Shown here: in pieces, positions 1-7,429 of the stretch
How the letters are laid out: the number at the start of each line of letters is the position of its first letter
Position numbering within the stretch: position 1 is the first letter of the stretch
IMG/VR virus record: IMGVR_UViG_3300048589_000499
Coordinates: 1 to 24,511 of that record
DNA from: a virus
Taxonomy: Duplodnaviria > Caudoviricetes
Length of the DNA stretch: 24,511 nt
Strand: one strand, 5' to 3'
Translations under genes and position numbers: made by a program
The notes under the pieces: model-generated
What the model was told of the DNA's origin: nothing
Seen by the model: the letters and a program-made list of their open reading frames with translations, nothing else
The model's database searches: none

Positions 1-137
1 ACCTGCGCATCTGGCAGCCCGAAGACGCCGGGCCGCCCGAGGGGCAGAGCCTGGGCGTGTGGGCGCGCGAGTGCGTGGAATCGTTCGAGGCGGCGCTCGG
101 GCGCTTCATGGGCCATCAGAGCGAGGCTTCTGAATGA
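1..137 (+). CDS. C-terminal fragment of an upstream gene, possibly a phage primase/helicase
   Basis: Open frame from nt 3 reads LRIWQPEDAGPPEGQSLGVWARECVESFEAALGRFMGHQSEASE, with TGA at 135-137 and coding-like codon use. Product inferred only from its position just before an iteron array and a recalled resemblance to C-termini of prophage primase-helicases. Confidence 0.45.
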   Translation, partial: LRIWQPEDAGPPEGQSLGVWARECVESFEAALGRFMGHQSEASE

Positions 138-150
138 GCCGCCTCGCCAG

Positions 151-408
151 CCCGCGCAGTTACGTGAGAACGCGACGCGGAACGCGACGACCGGGCTGCA
201 GGCCGCGCAGTTACGTGAGAACGCGAAGAACGCGACCTTCCCTACCCCATGCGTGCGCGCGCACGCGAGGGCCGCGCATCGCCAAACATCAAACACGTTT
301 TCCCATGGCTTTTTTCGTCGCGTTCCTCGCGTTCTCACGTAACTGCGCGGGTTTGCGGGCACCTGTCGCGTTCCGCGTCGCGTTCCTGGACCCGCTGTCG
401 CGTAACTG
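151..408. repeat. Convergent direct/inverted repeat array, probable phage replication origin
   Basis: 24-mer CCGCGCAGTTACGTGAGAACGCGA at 152-175 and 203-226, with its exact reverse complement at 327-350. 168-188 is the reverse complement of 365-385. Perfect 16-bp palindrome GCGTGCGCGCGCACGC at 251-266, and an AT-richer stretch at ~284-315. Confidence 0.75.
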
Positions 409-428
409 AATCACCACCCCCACCCATC

Positions 429-695
429 ATGAAAGAAACTTGCAGCGAGAAGAAGAAGGGGATGCGGGAGCAGATGCCCGCCATCGCCGCCTGGGTGGAC
501 GAGCTGCGGGCAGCGCTGGGCGCCGAGATGGTGGATGCGGCGATCGCGGCCGGGCAGCAGGCGGCACGGCGCATGCGGCAGATGGAGATCGAGCAAGGCC
601 CGGCGGCGGCGAAGGAATGGCTGCAGCGCCAGCGCTGGCCGGCCGGATGCTTCCACGCCGAAGAGGGCGGGCACACGGTGGGCGTCAGGAGGTAG
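429..695 (+). CDS. Small phage hypothetical protein (88 aa)
   Basis: ATG at 429 (MKETCSEKKKGMREQMPAIAAWVDELRAALG...FHAEEGGHTVG). The ORF-track extension to 249 runs through the repeat array and is unlikely to be real. Confidence 0.7.
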   Translation: MKETCSEKKKGMREQMPAIAAWVDELRAALGAEMVDAAIAAGQQAARRMRQMEIEQGPAAAKEWLQRQRWPAGCFHAEEGGHTVGVRR

Positions 696-698
696 GCC

Positions 699-1304
699 AT
701 GCAGCTCACCATCAAGACAGACTTCGCAGGCGTCGAGACCGCGCTCAAGCGGCTGCAGGACGACATCGGCAAGCGCGCGCTGGCGAGCGCGATGAACAAG
801 ACGGTCGACCTGGCGCGCACGCAGATGACGCGCGAGATCGCCGGCGAGTTCAACGTCACATCGGGCTACGTGCGCGAGCGGTTGCGCGTGCGCCGCGCGG
901 CTGCGAAGGGGCTGGTGCTCGAGGCGGCGCTGATCGGCGGCAAGGGCGGGCGCCGGCGTTCGGCCAACATCATCGCCTTCGTCGAGAAGTCCGTCTCGCT
1001 CGCCCAGGCGCGCAAGCGCGCGAAGGCCGGCACGCTCGATCAGCTGTTCGTCAAGGTCAAGCGCCGCGGCGGCAAGAAGCCACTGCGCGGCGCGTTCATC
1101 GGCAACAAGGGCCGCACGGTGTTCGAACGCGTCGGCAAGGAGCGCCTGCCGATCAAGCCGGTGCAGACGATCGACGTGGCGCAGATGTTCAACACCCGCA
1201 AGATCAACGCAGCCGTCGTCCGGATGATCCGGCAGCGCTTCCCCGAAGTCTTCGAACGCGAGGCCCGCTTCTACGTCGACCGCTTCAACCGGGGCGGCAA
1301 GTGA
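699..1304 (+). CDS. Minor tail protein Z-like (lambda gpZ / tail completion family)
   Basis: Strong SD (AGGAGG) before the ATG. Basic 201-aa protein with ALASAMNKTVDLARTQMTREIAGEFNV and AFIGNKGRTVFER, as in gpZ-like proteins. Confidence 0.7.
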   Translation: MQLTIKTDFAGVETALKRLQDDIGKRALASAMNKTVDLARTQMTREIAGEFNVTSGYVRERLRVRRAAAKGLVLEAALIGGKGGRRRSANIIAFVEKSVSLAQARKRAKAGTLDQLFVKVKRRGGKKPLRGAFIGNKGRTVFERVGKERLPIKPVQTIDVAQMFNTRKINAAVVRMIRQRFPEVFEREARFYVDRFNRGGK

Positions 1305-1321
1305 TGGCCACGAAAACTCTC

Positions 1322-1375
1322 GGGTCCTTCCCAGCCCCTCCCCGCACGGGTGCGAAACGGCTCGAAATCGCGCTA
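1322..1375 (+). promoter_or_regulatory. Lambda-like cos packaging site (cosQ + cosN)
   Basis: GGGTCCT at 1322-1328 is identical to lambda cosQ. ACG|GG at 1346-1350 and CGCTA at 1371-1375 align with lambda TTACG|GGGCGGCGACCTCGCGGGTTTTCGCTA. Lies directly upstream of terS. Confidence 0.75.
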
Positions 1376-1392
1376 GTGAATGCGTCGGGGAA

Positions 1393-1434
1393 AAGTGAAC
1401 TGTACGGTGAACGGTGGTGCCCGAAGTGAACGGT
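1393..1434 (+). repeat. Three GTGAAC(T/G)GT repeats, candidate cosB small-terminase binding sites
   Basis: AAGTGAACTGT 1393-1403, GGTGAACGGT 1406-1415 and AAGTGAACGGT 1424-1434, lying between cosN and the probable terS start. Confidence 0.5.
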
Positions 1435-2040
1435 GTGGCGCTGATCACCCAGTCCGAGTACGCCCGCCGTCGCGGCGTGGCGAAGTCGGCGGTGGCGAAA
1501 GCGGTGAAAGAGTCCCGCATCCGCCTGATCGACGGCCTCATAGATCCCGATGTCGCCGACATTCAGTGGGAGCGCAACACCCGGGCGCGCGCCGACAGCG
1601 CCAAGCCGCCGGCCGCTGCGGGCGCGCCTGGCGTCACCTCCACCGGCGCCGGCCGCGCGCTGCTTCCGATCGAGGCCGCGGCCGCCAGCGGCACATCGAC
1701 TTCGCCCGGCGCTCCGGCTGCCGCCTCGCAGCCACCTGACCCGGTCTATTCCGTCGACCGCGCCCGGCGCGAGAAATTCGAGGCCGACATGGCTGAGATC
1801 CGGCTGGCCGAGGCCCGCGGAGATCTCGTCAACCTGGCTGCTGTACGTGTCGAGATCGCCAACCGCGTCGGTCAGCTTCGCGCCAACCTGCTGCAGCTAC
1901 CCGCGCGTCTGGCGCCGCTGCTGGCGAACGAGTCCGACCAGGCCCGCTGCCACGCGCTGCTCGATGGCGAGCTGCGCGCCGTGCTGACAGACATCGTCGA
2001 TCCCGCGCCAGCCACTGCTCCGGCGCTCGCGCCCGCCTGA
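1414..2040 (+). CDS. terS: Terminase small subunit (Nu1-like)
   Basis: N-terminal HTH ITQSEYARRRGVAKSAVAKAVK and C-terminal coiled coil ARREKFEADMAEIRLAEARGDLV...LLQLPARLAP. Directly precedes terL. True start may be the GTG at 1435. Confidence 0.88.
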   Translation: MVPEVNGVALITQSEYARRRGVAKSAVAKAVKESRIRLIDGLIDPDVADIQWERNTRARADSAKPPAAAGAPGVTSTGAGRALLPIEAAAASGTSTSPGAPAAASQPPDPVYSVDRARREKFEADMAEIRLAEARGDLVNLAAVRVEIANRVGQLRANLLQLPARLAPLLANESDQARCHALLDGELRAVLTDIVDPAPATAPALAPA

Positions 2041-2056
2041 AGCACACCCGCACGCT

Positions 2057-4057
2057 ATGGGCTCATCAGACTCCGCACTCCTGGACGCTGCGCGCGCCGT
2101 CTCAGAGCTGCTGCGTGAGTTCCTGGAACCCCCGCGCCTCATGTCGTGCGCCACCTGGGCGGATGAGTTCCGCCAGATCGTCAAGGGCCCCGAGAAAGGC
2201 CGCTGGCGCACCAGCCGCACGCCCTATCTGCTCGAGCCCATGAACTGCACCGACCCAGAGTCGCCGGTGCAGAAAGTCGTCATGCAGTTCGCCACCCAGC
2301 TCGGCAAGAGCGAGGTGCTCTACAACGCACTCTTCAAGCGCATCCACCTTGACCCGGTTGACATGATGATGGTGCAGCCCACGCTGCAAGACGCGAAGGA
2401 TCACTCGCGCCAGCGCTTCATGCCGACCGCGCGCAAGATGGCCGACGTCGTCGATCGTCTGCCCGACATGCGCAGCCGCGACGAGACCAACACCTGGCAG
2501 ACGAAGGAAGTGCGCGGCGGCGCCACGCTCTTTTTCGCCGGCGCCAACAGCGCGCGCAGCCTGGCCAGCAAGCCCCTCGGCTTCGCCGTGTGCGACGAGA
2601 TCGACGGCTACCCGCTCGACGTCGACGGCGAAGGCGAGCCCGTCGCGCTTGTGTGGGAGCGCATGAGCAACTTCCCCGCCCGCAAGATGCTGCTCTGCTC
2701 CACGCCAACCCTGCGCGATTTCAGCCGCATCGAGGGCGAATACATCGCCAGCGACCGCCGGCGCTACTGGGTGCCATGCCCGCACTGCGGCGAAGCGCAG
2801 CTGCTCGAATGGGGAGCCGAGACCGAGCACGGCATCAAGTGGCTCAAGACGCCCACCGGCCAGGCCCGCGCCGAAACCGCCGTCTACATCTGCATGCACT
2901 GCGGCGCCGCGATAGAAGAGCGCAGCAAGACGGCCATGCTCACCGCCGGCCAATGGCGTGCCGAGGCACCCGGCGCGCAGCGTGGCCTCGTCGCTGGCTT
3001 CCACCTCAACAAGCTCTACAGCCCGCTCGGCTGGAAGAGCTGGGCCATGCTCGTCGAAGACTGGACGAAGGCGCAAGACGCCGCCCGCGCCGGCGATGTG
3101 TCGCGCCTCAAGACCTTCGTCAACACATCGCTCGCCGAAACGTGGGAAGAGCAAGGCGACCGCGTCGCCAGCCACGAGCTCCAACGCCGCGCCGGCAACT
3201 TCCAGCTGCGCCAGGTACAGGCCAGCCTCTACGTCTGCACCATGGGCGTCGACACCCAGGGCGACCGCCTCGAGGCCTACGTCTGGGCTTGGGGCCGCGG
3301 CCTCGAGCGCCAGCTCGTCGACCGCCAGGTCTTCTACGGCGACCCGAGCCTTACCGAAAGCGAGGCCGGCTCCCCCTGGGCCGCGCTCACCGAATACCGC
3401 CGCACGCCCATCCTGCACGTCAACGGCCGCGCGGCGCCCATCCTCGCCGCCTTCGTCGACAGCGGCGGCCACCACACCCAGGCCGTCTACGCCTACGCCC
3501 GCGCGCACCAGCACGCGCATGTCTTCGCCGTCAAGGGCGCCAGCATCGCCGGCAAGGCCATCCTCGGCAAGCCGAGCGAGCAGGATGTCGACTGGCGCGG
3601 AAACCGCATCAAGCGCGGCGTAAAACTCTGGCCGATCGGCACCGACACCGCCAAGAGCGAGATCTACGGCCGCCTGCGCGCCACCGAGCCCGGGCCCGGC
3701 TACGTCCACATCAGCCGCCTGCAGCCGGTCGAAGTCTTCGAGCAGCTCACCGCCGAGCGCCTCGTCACCCGCTACGTTAAGGGCCGCGCGCGGCTCGAAT
3801 GGGTCAAGCCCGGCGGCAAGCGCAACGAGGCGCTCGACTGCGCCGTCTACGCCCTCGCCGCCGCGCACTACGTCGGCATCGACCGCTGGAAAGAGGGCGA
3901 CTGGGCCAAGTGGCAAGGCCGCGTCGCCGAGCCGGATCTGTTCGACGCGCCGCCCCAAGCCGCTGCGCCCACCGCCGCCACTCCAGAGGCCGCGCCCCGC
4001 CAGCGCGAGGCTGCCGCCACCCGCCCCAGCGCCCCGGACAACGCCCGCGAATGGTGA
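2057..4057 (+). CDS. terL: Terminase large subunit, lambda gpA family
   Basis: GRWRTSRTPYLLEPM, Walker A QLGKSE, Walker B AVCDEID, STPT coupling motif, CPHCG/CMHCG zinc motif, nuclease motifs GVDTQ, VDSGG and RNEALDC. Confidence 0.97.
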   Translation: MGSSDSALLDAARAVSELLREFLEPPRLMSCATWADEFRQIVKGPEKGRWRTSRTPYLLEPMNCTDPESPVQKVVMQFATQLGKSEVLYNALFKRIHLDPVDMMMVQPTLQDAKDHSRQRFMPTARKMADVVDRLPDMRSRDETNTWQTKEVRGGATLFFAGANSARSLASKPLGFAVCDEIDGYPLDVDGEGEPVALVWERMSNFPARKMLLCSTPTLRDFSRIEGEYIASDRRRYWVPCPHCGEAQLLEWGAETEHGIKWLKTPTGQARAETAVYICMHCGAAIEERSKTAMLTAGQWRAEAPGAQRGLVAGFHLNKLYSPLGWKSWAMLVEDWTKAQDAARAGDVSRLKTFVNTSLAETWEEQGDRVASHELQRRAGNFQLRQVQASLYVCTMGVDTQGDRLEAYVWAWGRGLERQLVDRQVFYGDPSLTESEAGSPWAALTEYRRTPILHVNGRAAPILAAFVDSGGHHTQAVYAYARAHQHAHVFAVKGASIAGKAILGKPSEQDVDWRGNRIKRGVKLWPIGTDTAKSEIYGRLRATEPGPGYVHISRLQPVEVFEQLTAERLVTRYVKGRARLEWVKPGGKRNEALDCAVYALAAAHYVGIDRWKEGDWAKWQGRVAEPDLFDAPPQAAAPTAATPEAAPRQREAAATRPSAPDNAREW

Positions 4058-4425
4058 ACCCACCCGACCCCGCCGCCCGAGGCCTCCCCATGCCCCGCCC
4101 GAAAAAACAACCCCACCAGCTCGGCCCGGTGTTCGCCGACCCCGACATCGTCGACCGCATCTTCGACTACATCGCCGAGCAGTTTCCAGAGCGCTTCGGC
4201 GCCTGCCTCGATGCCGACTGCATGGCCAGGCTGAAGGACGCCACCCGCGCCGAGTTCGCCGGCAATCTGTTCTATGTCGCGAACGTCTCGCCCACCGATC
4301 GCCACCGCCGCGTCGCCGAAGTCCTGCGCCTCTTCGACGGCCGCAACGCCACCGAAGTCGCCCGCCGCCTGCAGATCTCGCGTGCCACGGTGTACCGGCT
4401 GCTGAAGCAGCCGGGCAGGCCGTGA
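4051..4425 (+). CDS. Mor/C-family transcription activator (C-terminal HTH)
   Basis: RAEFAGNLFYV motif (Mor-like FGGxxxYI) and FDGRNATEVARRLQISRATVYRLLK HTH. ATG at 4051 overlaps the terL stop; alternative ATG at 4090. Confidence 0.85.
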   Translation: MVNPPDPAARGLPMPRPKKQPHQLGPVFADPDIVDRIFDYIAEQFPERFGACLDADCMARLKDATRAEFAGNLFYVANVSPTDRHRRVAEVLRLFDGRNATEVARRLQISRATVYRLLKQPGRP

Positions 4426-4430
4426 CGGGG

Positions 4431-4480
4431 CGCAAACCGTCTCAGTTTTTATAGATTTGAGACACCCAGCGGCATAGCCT
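4431..4480 (+). promoter_or_regulatory. Late promoter 1: dyad box GTCTCA-N13-TGAGAC plus -10-like TAGCCT
   Basis: 4431-4464 matches 7430-7463 at 33 of 34 nt. AT-rich island in ~70% GC DNA. -10-like hexamer at 4475-4480, 7 nt before ATG 4488. Confidence 0.8.
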
Positions 4481-4487
4481 GCCGCCC

Positions 4488-4691
4488 ATGGCTCTATCGC
4501 AGGCAGACCTTGACGCGCTCGACCTGGCGATCGCGTCCAGCGAGCTCGAAGTGCAGCTCGAAGGCCGGCGCGTCAAGTACCGCTCGACCGACGAGCTGCT
4601 GAAGGCGCGCGCCTACATCGCCGGCCTGCTCGCCGGCCCGAAGCGCACCACGAGCTACCACTACAACATGACCACGCAGCGCGGAGACTGA
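4488..4691 (+). CDS. Head-tail joining protein, gpW-like
   Basis: 67 aa, LDALDLAIASSELEVQLEGRRVKYRSTDELLKAR; sits between terL and portal as lambda W does. Confidence 0.9.
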   Translation: MALSQADLDALDLAIASSELEVQLEGRRVKYRSTDELLKARAYIAGLLAGPKRTTSYHYNMTTQRGD

Positions 4692-6586
4692 TGATGCCCA
4701 ACGTCATCGACCGCCTCGTCGGCTACTTCGCCCCCGCCGCCGGCCGCGCGCGCCAGTACCACCGCGTGCTGCTCCAGCGCGCCTACGAGGCCGCCAGCCC
4801 GCGCGACAAATGGCGCCCGCGCCGGGCAGGCGCCAGCGCCAACGCCGACCACCTGGCCGACGCTTCCCGCATCCGTGCCAAGGCGCGCGCGCTGCGCCAG
4901 AACGTACCCTACATCGCCGCCGGGCTCGAGGCGCTCGTCGATGCAACCATCGGCACCGGCGTCGTCGTGCGCGCCACCGGCAGCCAGGCCGAGCGCATCA
5001 ACGCCGTGCTCGCGCAGTGGAAGCGCGTCTGTGACGCCGATGGCCGCTTCGATTTCGACGGCCTCGTCGCCTGCGCCTACGACACCATGGAGCAGGACGG
5101 CGAAGTCCTCGTCCGCCTGCGCCCGCGCCTGATCGGCGACGGCCTGCCCGTTCCTCTGCAGCTCCAGCTGCTCGAAATCGACTGGCTCGACAGCGCACGC
5201 AACGGCAGCGCCGGCGGCAACCGCATCGTCAACGGCATCGAATACGACGCCCTCGGCCGTGTTGCCGCCCACTACCTTTTCGACGAGCACCCCGGCGACG
5301 TTGGCCCGTTGCGCTCGATGAGCACGCAAAGCAAGCGCGTGCCCGCCGAGTTCATCATCCACCTCTACTCCGCCAAGCGGCCGGGGCAGGGCCGCGGCTT
5401 CAGCCGCCTGGCGCCCGTCATCGTCCGCACGCGCGACCTGCAGCTCTACGAAGACGCCGAGCTCGCTCGCAAGAATCTGGAGACGCGCCTCGGCGTCGTC
5501 TACAGCGGCGACGCCTCGCTGCTCGCCAACCCCGCCACCCTCGGCGGCGCCGCCGACGTTGACGAGGCGCGCCGCAGCGGCGATCTCGGCGAGCTCTCCA
5601 GCGGCGGCATCATCGAGCTGCCTGCCGGAGGCAACCTGATGAGCGTCGAGCCCAAGCCCGCCGGCGGCTATACCGAGTACGTCAAGCAGCAGCTCCACCT
5701 CATCGCCAGCGGCATGGGCGTCACCTACGAGATGATGACCGGCGACGTGAGCGAGACCAACTTCAGCAGCGCCCGCGTGCGCCTGCTCGATTTCCGCCGC
5801 GCCGTGCAGCGCATGCAGTGGCTCACGCTCGTGCCGCGCCTGCTGCAGCCGATCCACGCCGCCTTCATCGATGCCGGCATCCTCGCCCGCGCCTTCACCG
5901 CGCGCAACTACGCCGTCGAGTATTCCTTTCCGAAGTGGGACTACGTCAACCCCGAGCAGGATGTCAAGGCCGACCTCGCCGAGATCTCCGGCGGCCTCGC
6001 CAGCCTCTCCGAAAAGCTGCGCCAGCGCGGCTACAACCCCGACGACGTGTTCACCGAGCTCGCCGCCGACCGCCAGAAGCTCGAAGACCTCGGCCTCATC
6101 GACTGGCTGCTCTTCAAAGAGACGAGCAAACAGCCCGTCGACCCGCAGGCCGCGGCCACCGCCGGCGCCGCCAACGCGCGCGCCTTCGACGCCCTCGCCA
6201 CGCTGCTCGACCGCATGGACACGCGCCTCGCCGGCCTCGAGCAGCGCAGCACCAGCGTCACCGTGAACCAGGGCGACAACATCGTGCAGACGCCTGCACA
6301 GACGATCGAGAACCGCATCGACGTGCCGGCCCAAGCGCCGCCCGTCGTCAACGTCGCCGCCGGTGCCGCGCCCGAAGTGCGCGTCGTCAACGAGCTGCCG
6401 CCCCAGCCAGCGCCGATCGTCAACGTCACCGCCGCGCCAGCCGAAGTGCGCGTCGTCAACCAGGTCGAAGCCCCGGTCGTCAACGTCCACGCCCCCGACC
6501 GCGAAGAAGTCACCGACGTGCAGCGCGACAAGGCCGGCCGCATCACCCGCACCGTCAAGACACATCGCCGCGCTGACGGCGGCTAG
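4691..6586 (+). CDS. Portal protein, lambda family, with ~150-aa C-terminal extension
   Basis: RAYEAA, DGEVLVR, NGIEYDALGRVAAH, RPGQGRG, YEMMTGDVSETNFSSAR and WDYVNPEQD motifs. Extension carries VVNV repeats. Confidence 0.95.
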   Translation: MMPNVIDRLVGYFAPAAGRARQYHRVLLQRAYEAASPRDKWRPRRAGASANADHLADASRIRAKARALRQNVPYIAAGLEALVDATIGTGVVVRATGSQAERINAVLAQWKRVCDADGRFDFDGLVACAYDTMEQDGEVLVRLRPRLIGDGLPVPLQLQLLEIDWLDSARNGSAGGNRIVNGIEYDALGRVAAHYLFDEHPGDVGPLRSMSTQSKRVPAEFIIHLYSAKRPGQGRGFSRLAPVIVRTRDLQLYEDAELARKNLETRLGVVYSGDASLLANPATLGGAADVDEARRSGDLGELSSGGIIELPAGGNLMSVEPKPAGGYTEYVKQQLHLIASGMGVTYEMMTGDVSETNFSSARVRLLDFRRAVQRMQWLTLVPRLLQPIHAAFIDAGILARAFTARNYAVEYSFPKWDYVNPEQDVKADLAEISGGLASLSEKLRQRGYNPDDVFTELAADRQKLEDLGLIDWLLFKETSKQPVDPQAAATAGAANARAFDALATLLDRMDTRLAGLEQRSTSVTVNQGDNIVQTPAQTIENRIDVPAQAPPVVNVAAGAAPEVRVVNELPPQPAPIVNVTAAPAEVRVVNQVEAPVVNVHAPDREEVTDVQRDKAGRITRTVKTHRRADGG

Positions 6587-6624
6587 GAAGCCCGGGGCCA
6601 CCCCCGACCAGAGGAGACAGACCG

Positions 6625-6900
6625 ATGAACATCCGCCTTGCACTCGCCATCCTGTTCCTCACGTTCGCCATGCTGCCCGCAGCGCACGCCCGCACCCAAT
6701 GCAAGCCCGCCGGAATGGAATACATCCACGCCTTCGAGCAGCGCCCGAATTGGGGCGTTTACTGGTGGTGCGACTACAAGACCTACGACTACACCGTCAT
6801 CATCCCCGAGGACTCTACGGGCCGAACGGGGCCGACTACATCGGCACGTTCGCCGCTCCGACAGCAGGCGACATCGCAAGCGCCGTGCTCGCCGCGCTGA
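6625..6900 (+). CDS. Signal-peptide protein, probably truncated or chimeric after ~6812
   Basis: GAGGAG SD at 6611-6616. Sec-type signal MNIRLALAILFLTFAMLPAAHA, then a Cys/Trp/Tyr-rich segment. After IIPED the frame loses coding character. Confidence 0.6.
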   Translation: MNIRLALAILFLTFAMLPAAHARTQCKPAGMEYIHAFEQRPNWGVYWWCDYKTYDYTVIIPEDSTGRTGPTTSARSPLRQQATSQAPCSPR

Positions 6901-7121
6901 ACGCGACGACGATCCCGACGAACGTCAAGAAGGTCAACGACGTAGAAGTCACTGACGGCGTCCTCACCACCGACCAGGCCGCCCAGCTCGCCGCGCTGGC
7001 CAAGATCCACGGCCTGATCTCTGGCACGCCGCTCGTTGTCAGCGCAACCGCGCGCACCGCGGGCGACGTATCGCAGACCGTCGATGATGTCGGCGGTGTC
7101 GTGACCGTCACCCGCGTTTAG
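6813..7121 (+). pseudogene. Start-less 3' fragment of a virion accessory protein
   Basis: Frame reads LYGPNGADYIGTFAAPTAGDIASAVL...VTVTRV* with good codon use but no start codon or suitably spaced SD at its 5' edge. The first in-frame GTG is at 6885. Confidence 0.55.
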
Positions 7122-7138
7122 CCGCAGCAGGCCCGCGC

Positions 7139-7396
7139 ATGTTCGCGCTGACGCCGCTCGCGATCGCGCTGCAGGGCATCGGCTACGGCACGCTGCTCGC
7201 GTCGCTGCAGGGCCTCGTCGCCGTCACGATCGAGCCCGAGCCCGTCGACGACACGGCAGGCTCCCTCGCCGCCGTCCAGCCGCGCCACCGCCCGCGCCGC
7301 TGGCGCCGCCTGTTCGACGTGCCGAACCCGGCCGACCTGCTCGCCGCGCTCGAGGCCGAGGACGAAGAGCTGCTGCTCGAAGCCGGCGCGCTGTAG
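7139..7396 (+). CDS. Small phage protein with AIALQG N-terminus and acidic-hydrophobic EDEELLL tail
   Basis: 85-aa ORF fills the gap before promoter 2; has duplicated LQG motifs and a basic central stretch. Confidence 0.7.
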   Translation: MFALTPLAIALQGIGYGTLLASLQGLVAVTIEPEPVDDTAGSLAAVQPRHRPRRWRRLFDVPNPADLLAALEAEDEELLLEAGAL

Positions 7397-7429
7397 GGGC
7401 CCGCCCGCGCGCGCCCGCGCGCACGTCAT

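Noticed and set aside
152-226. CRISPR-like repeat-spacer-repeat (24-bp repeats, 27-bp gap)
   Set aside because: Only two direct copies, the third is inverted, the gap contains sub-repeats of the unit, and there are no cas genes.
134-409. 91-aa ORF over the repeat array, and the 249 start of the next ORF
   Set aside because: Translation merely mirrors the DNA repeats (RSYVRTRR twice) and lacks typical codon bias.
2097-2105. CCGTCTCAG matching the left half of the late-promoter box
   Set aside because: No AT-rich spacer or right arm; inside terL; likely chance.
3621-3636. TAAA...GCCGAT as a sigma28 promoter for the mini-sigma
   Set aside because: Spacing is 6 nt rather than ~15. No convincing sigma28 promoter was seen by eye in the window.
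6800-6830. Programmed -1 frameshift joining the 6625 ORF to the 6813-7121 frame
   Set aside because: No X XXY YYZ heptamer, and an exported N-terminus fused to a virion-type C-terminus is implausible; a deletion or misassembly is simpler.
6590-7425. GC hairpins after the portal (6593-6606) and after 7396 as terminators
   Set aside because: Short stems without a following U-tract.
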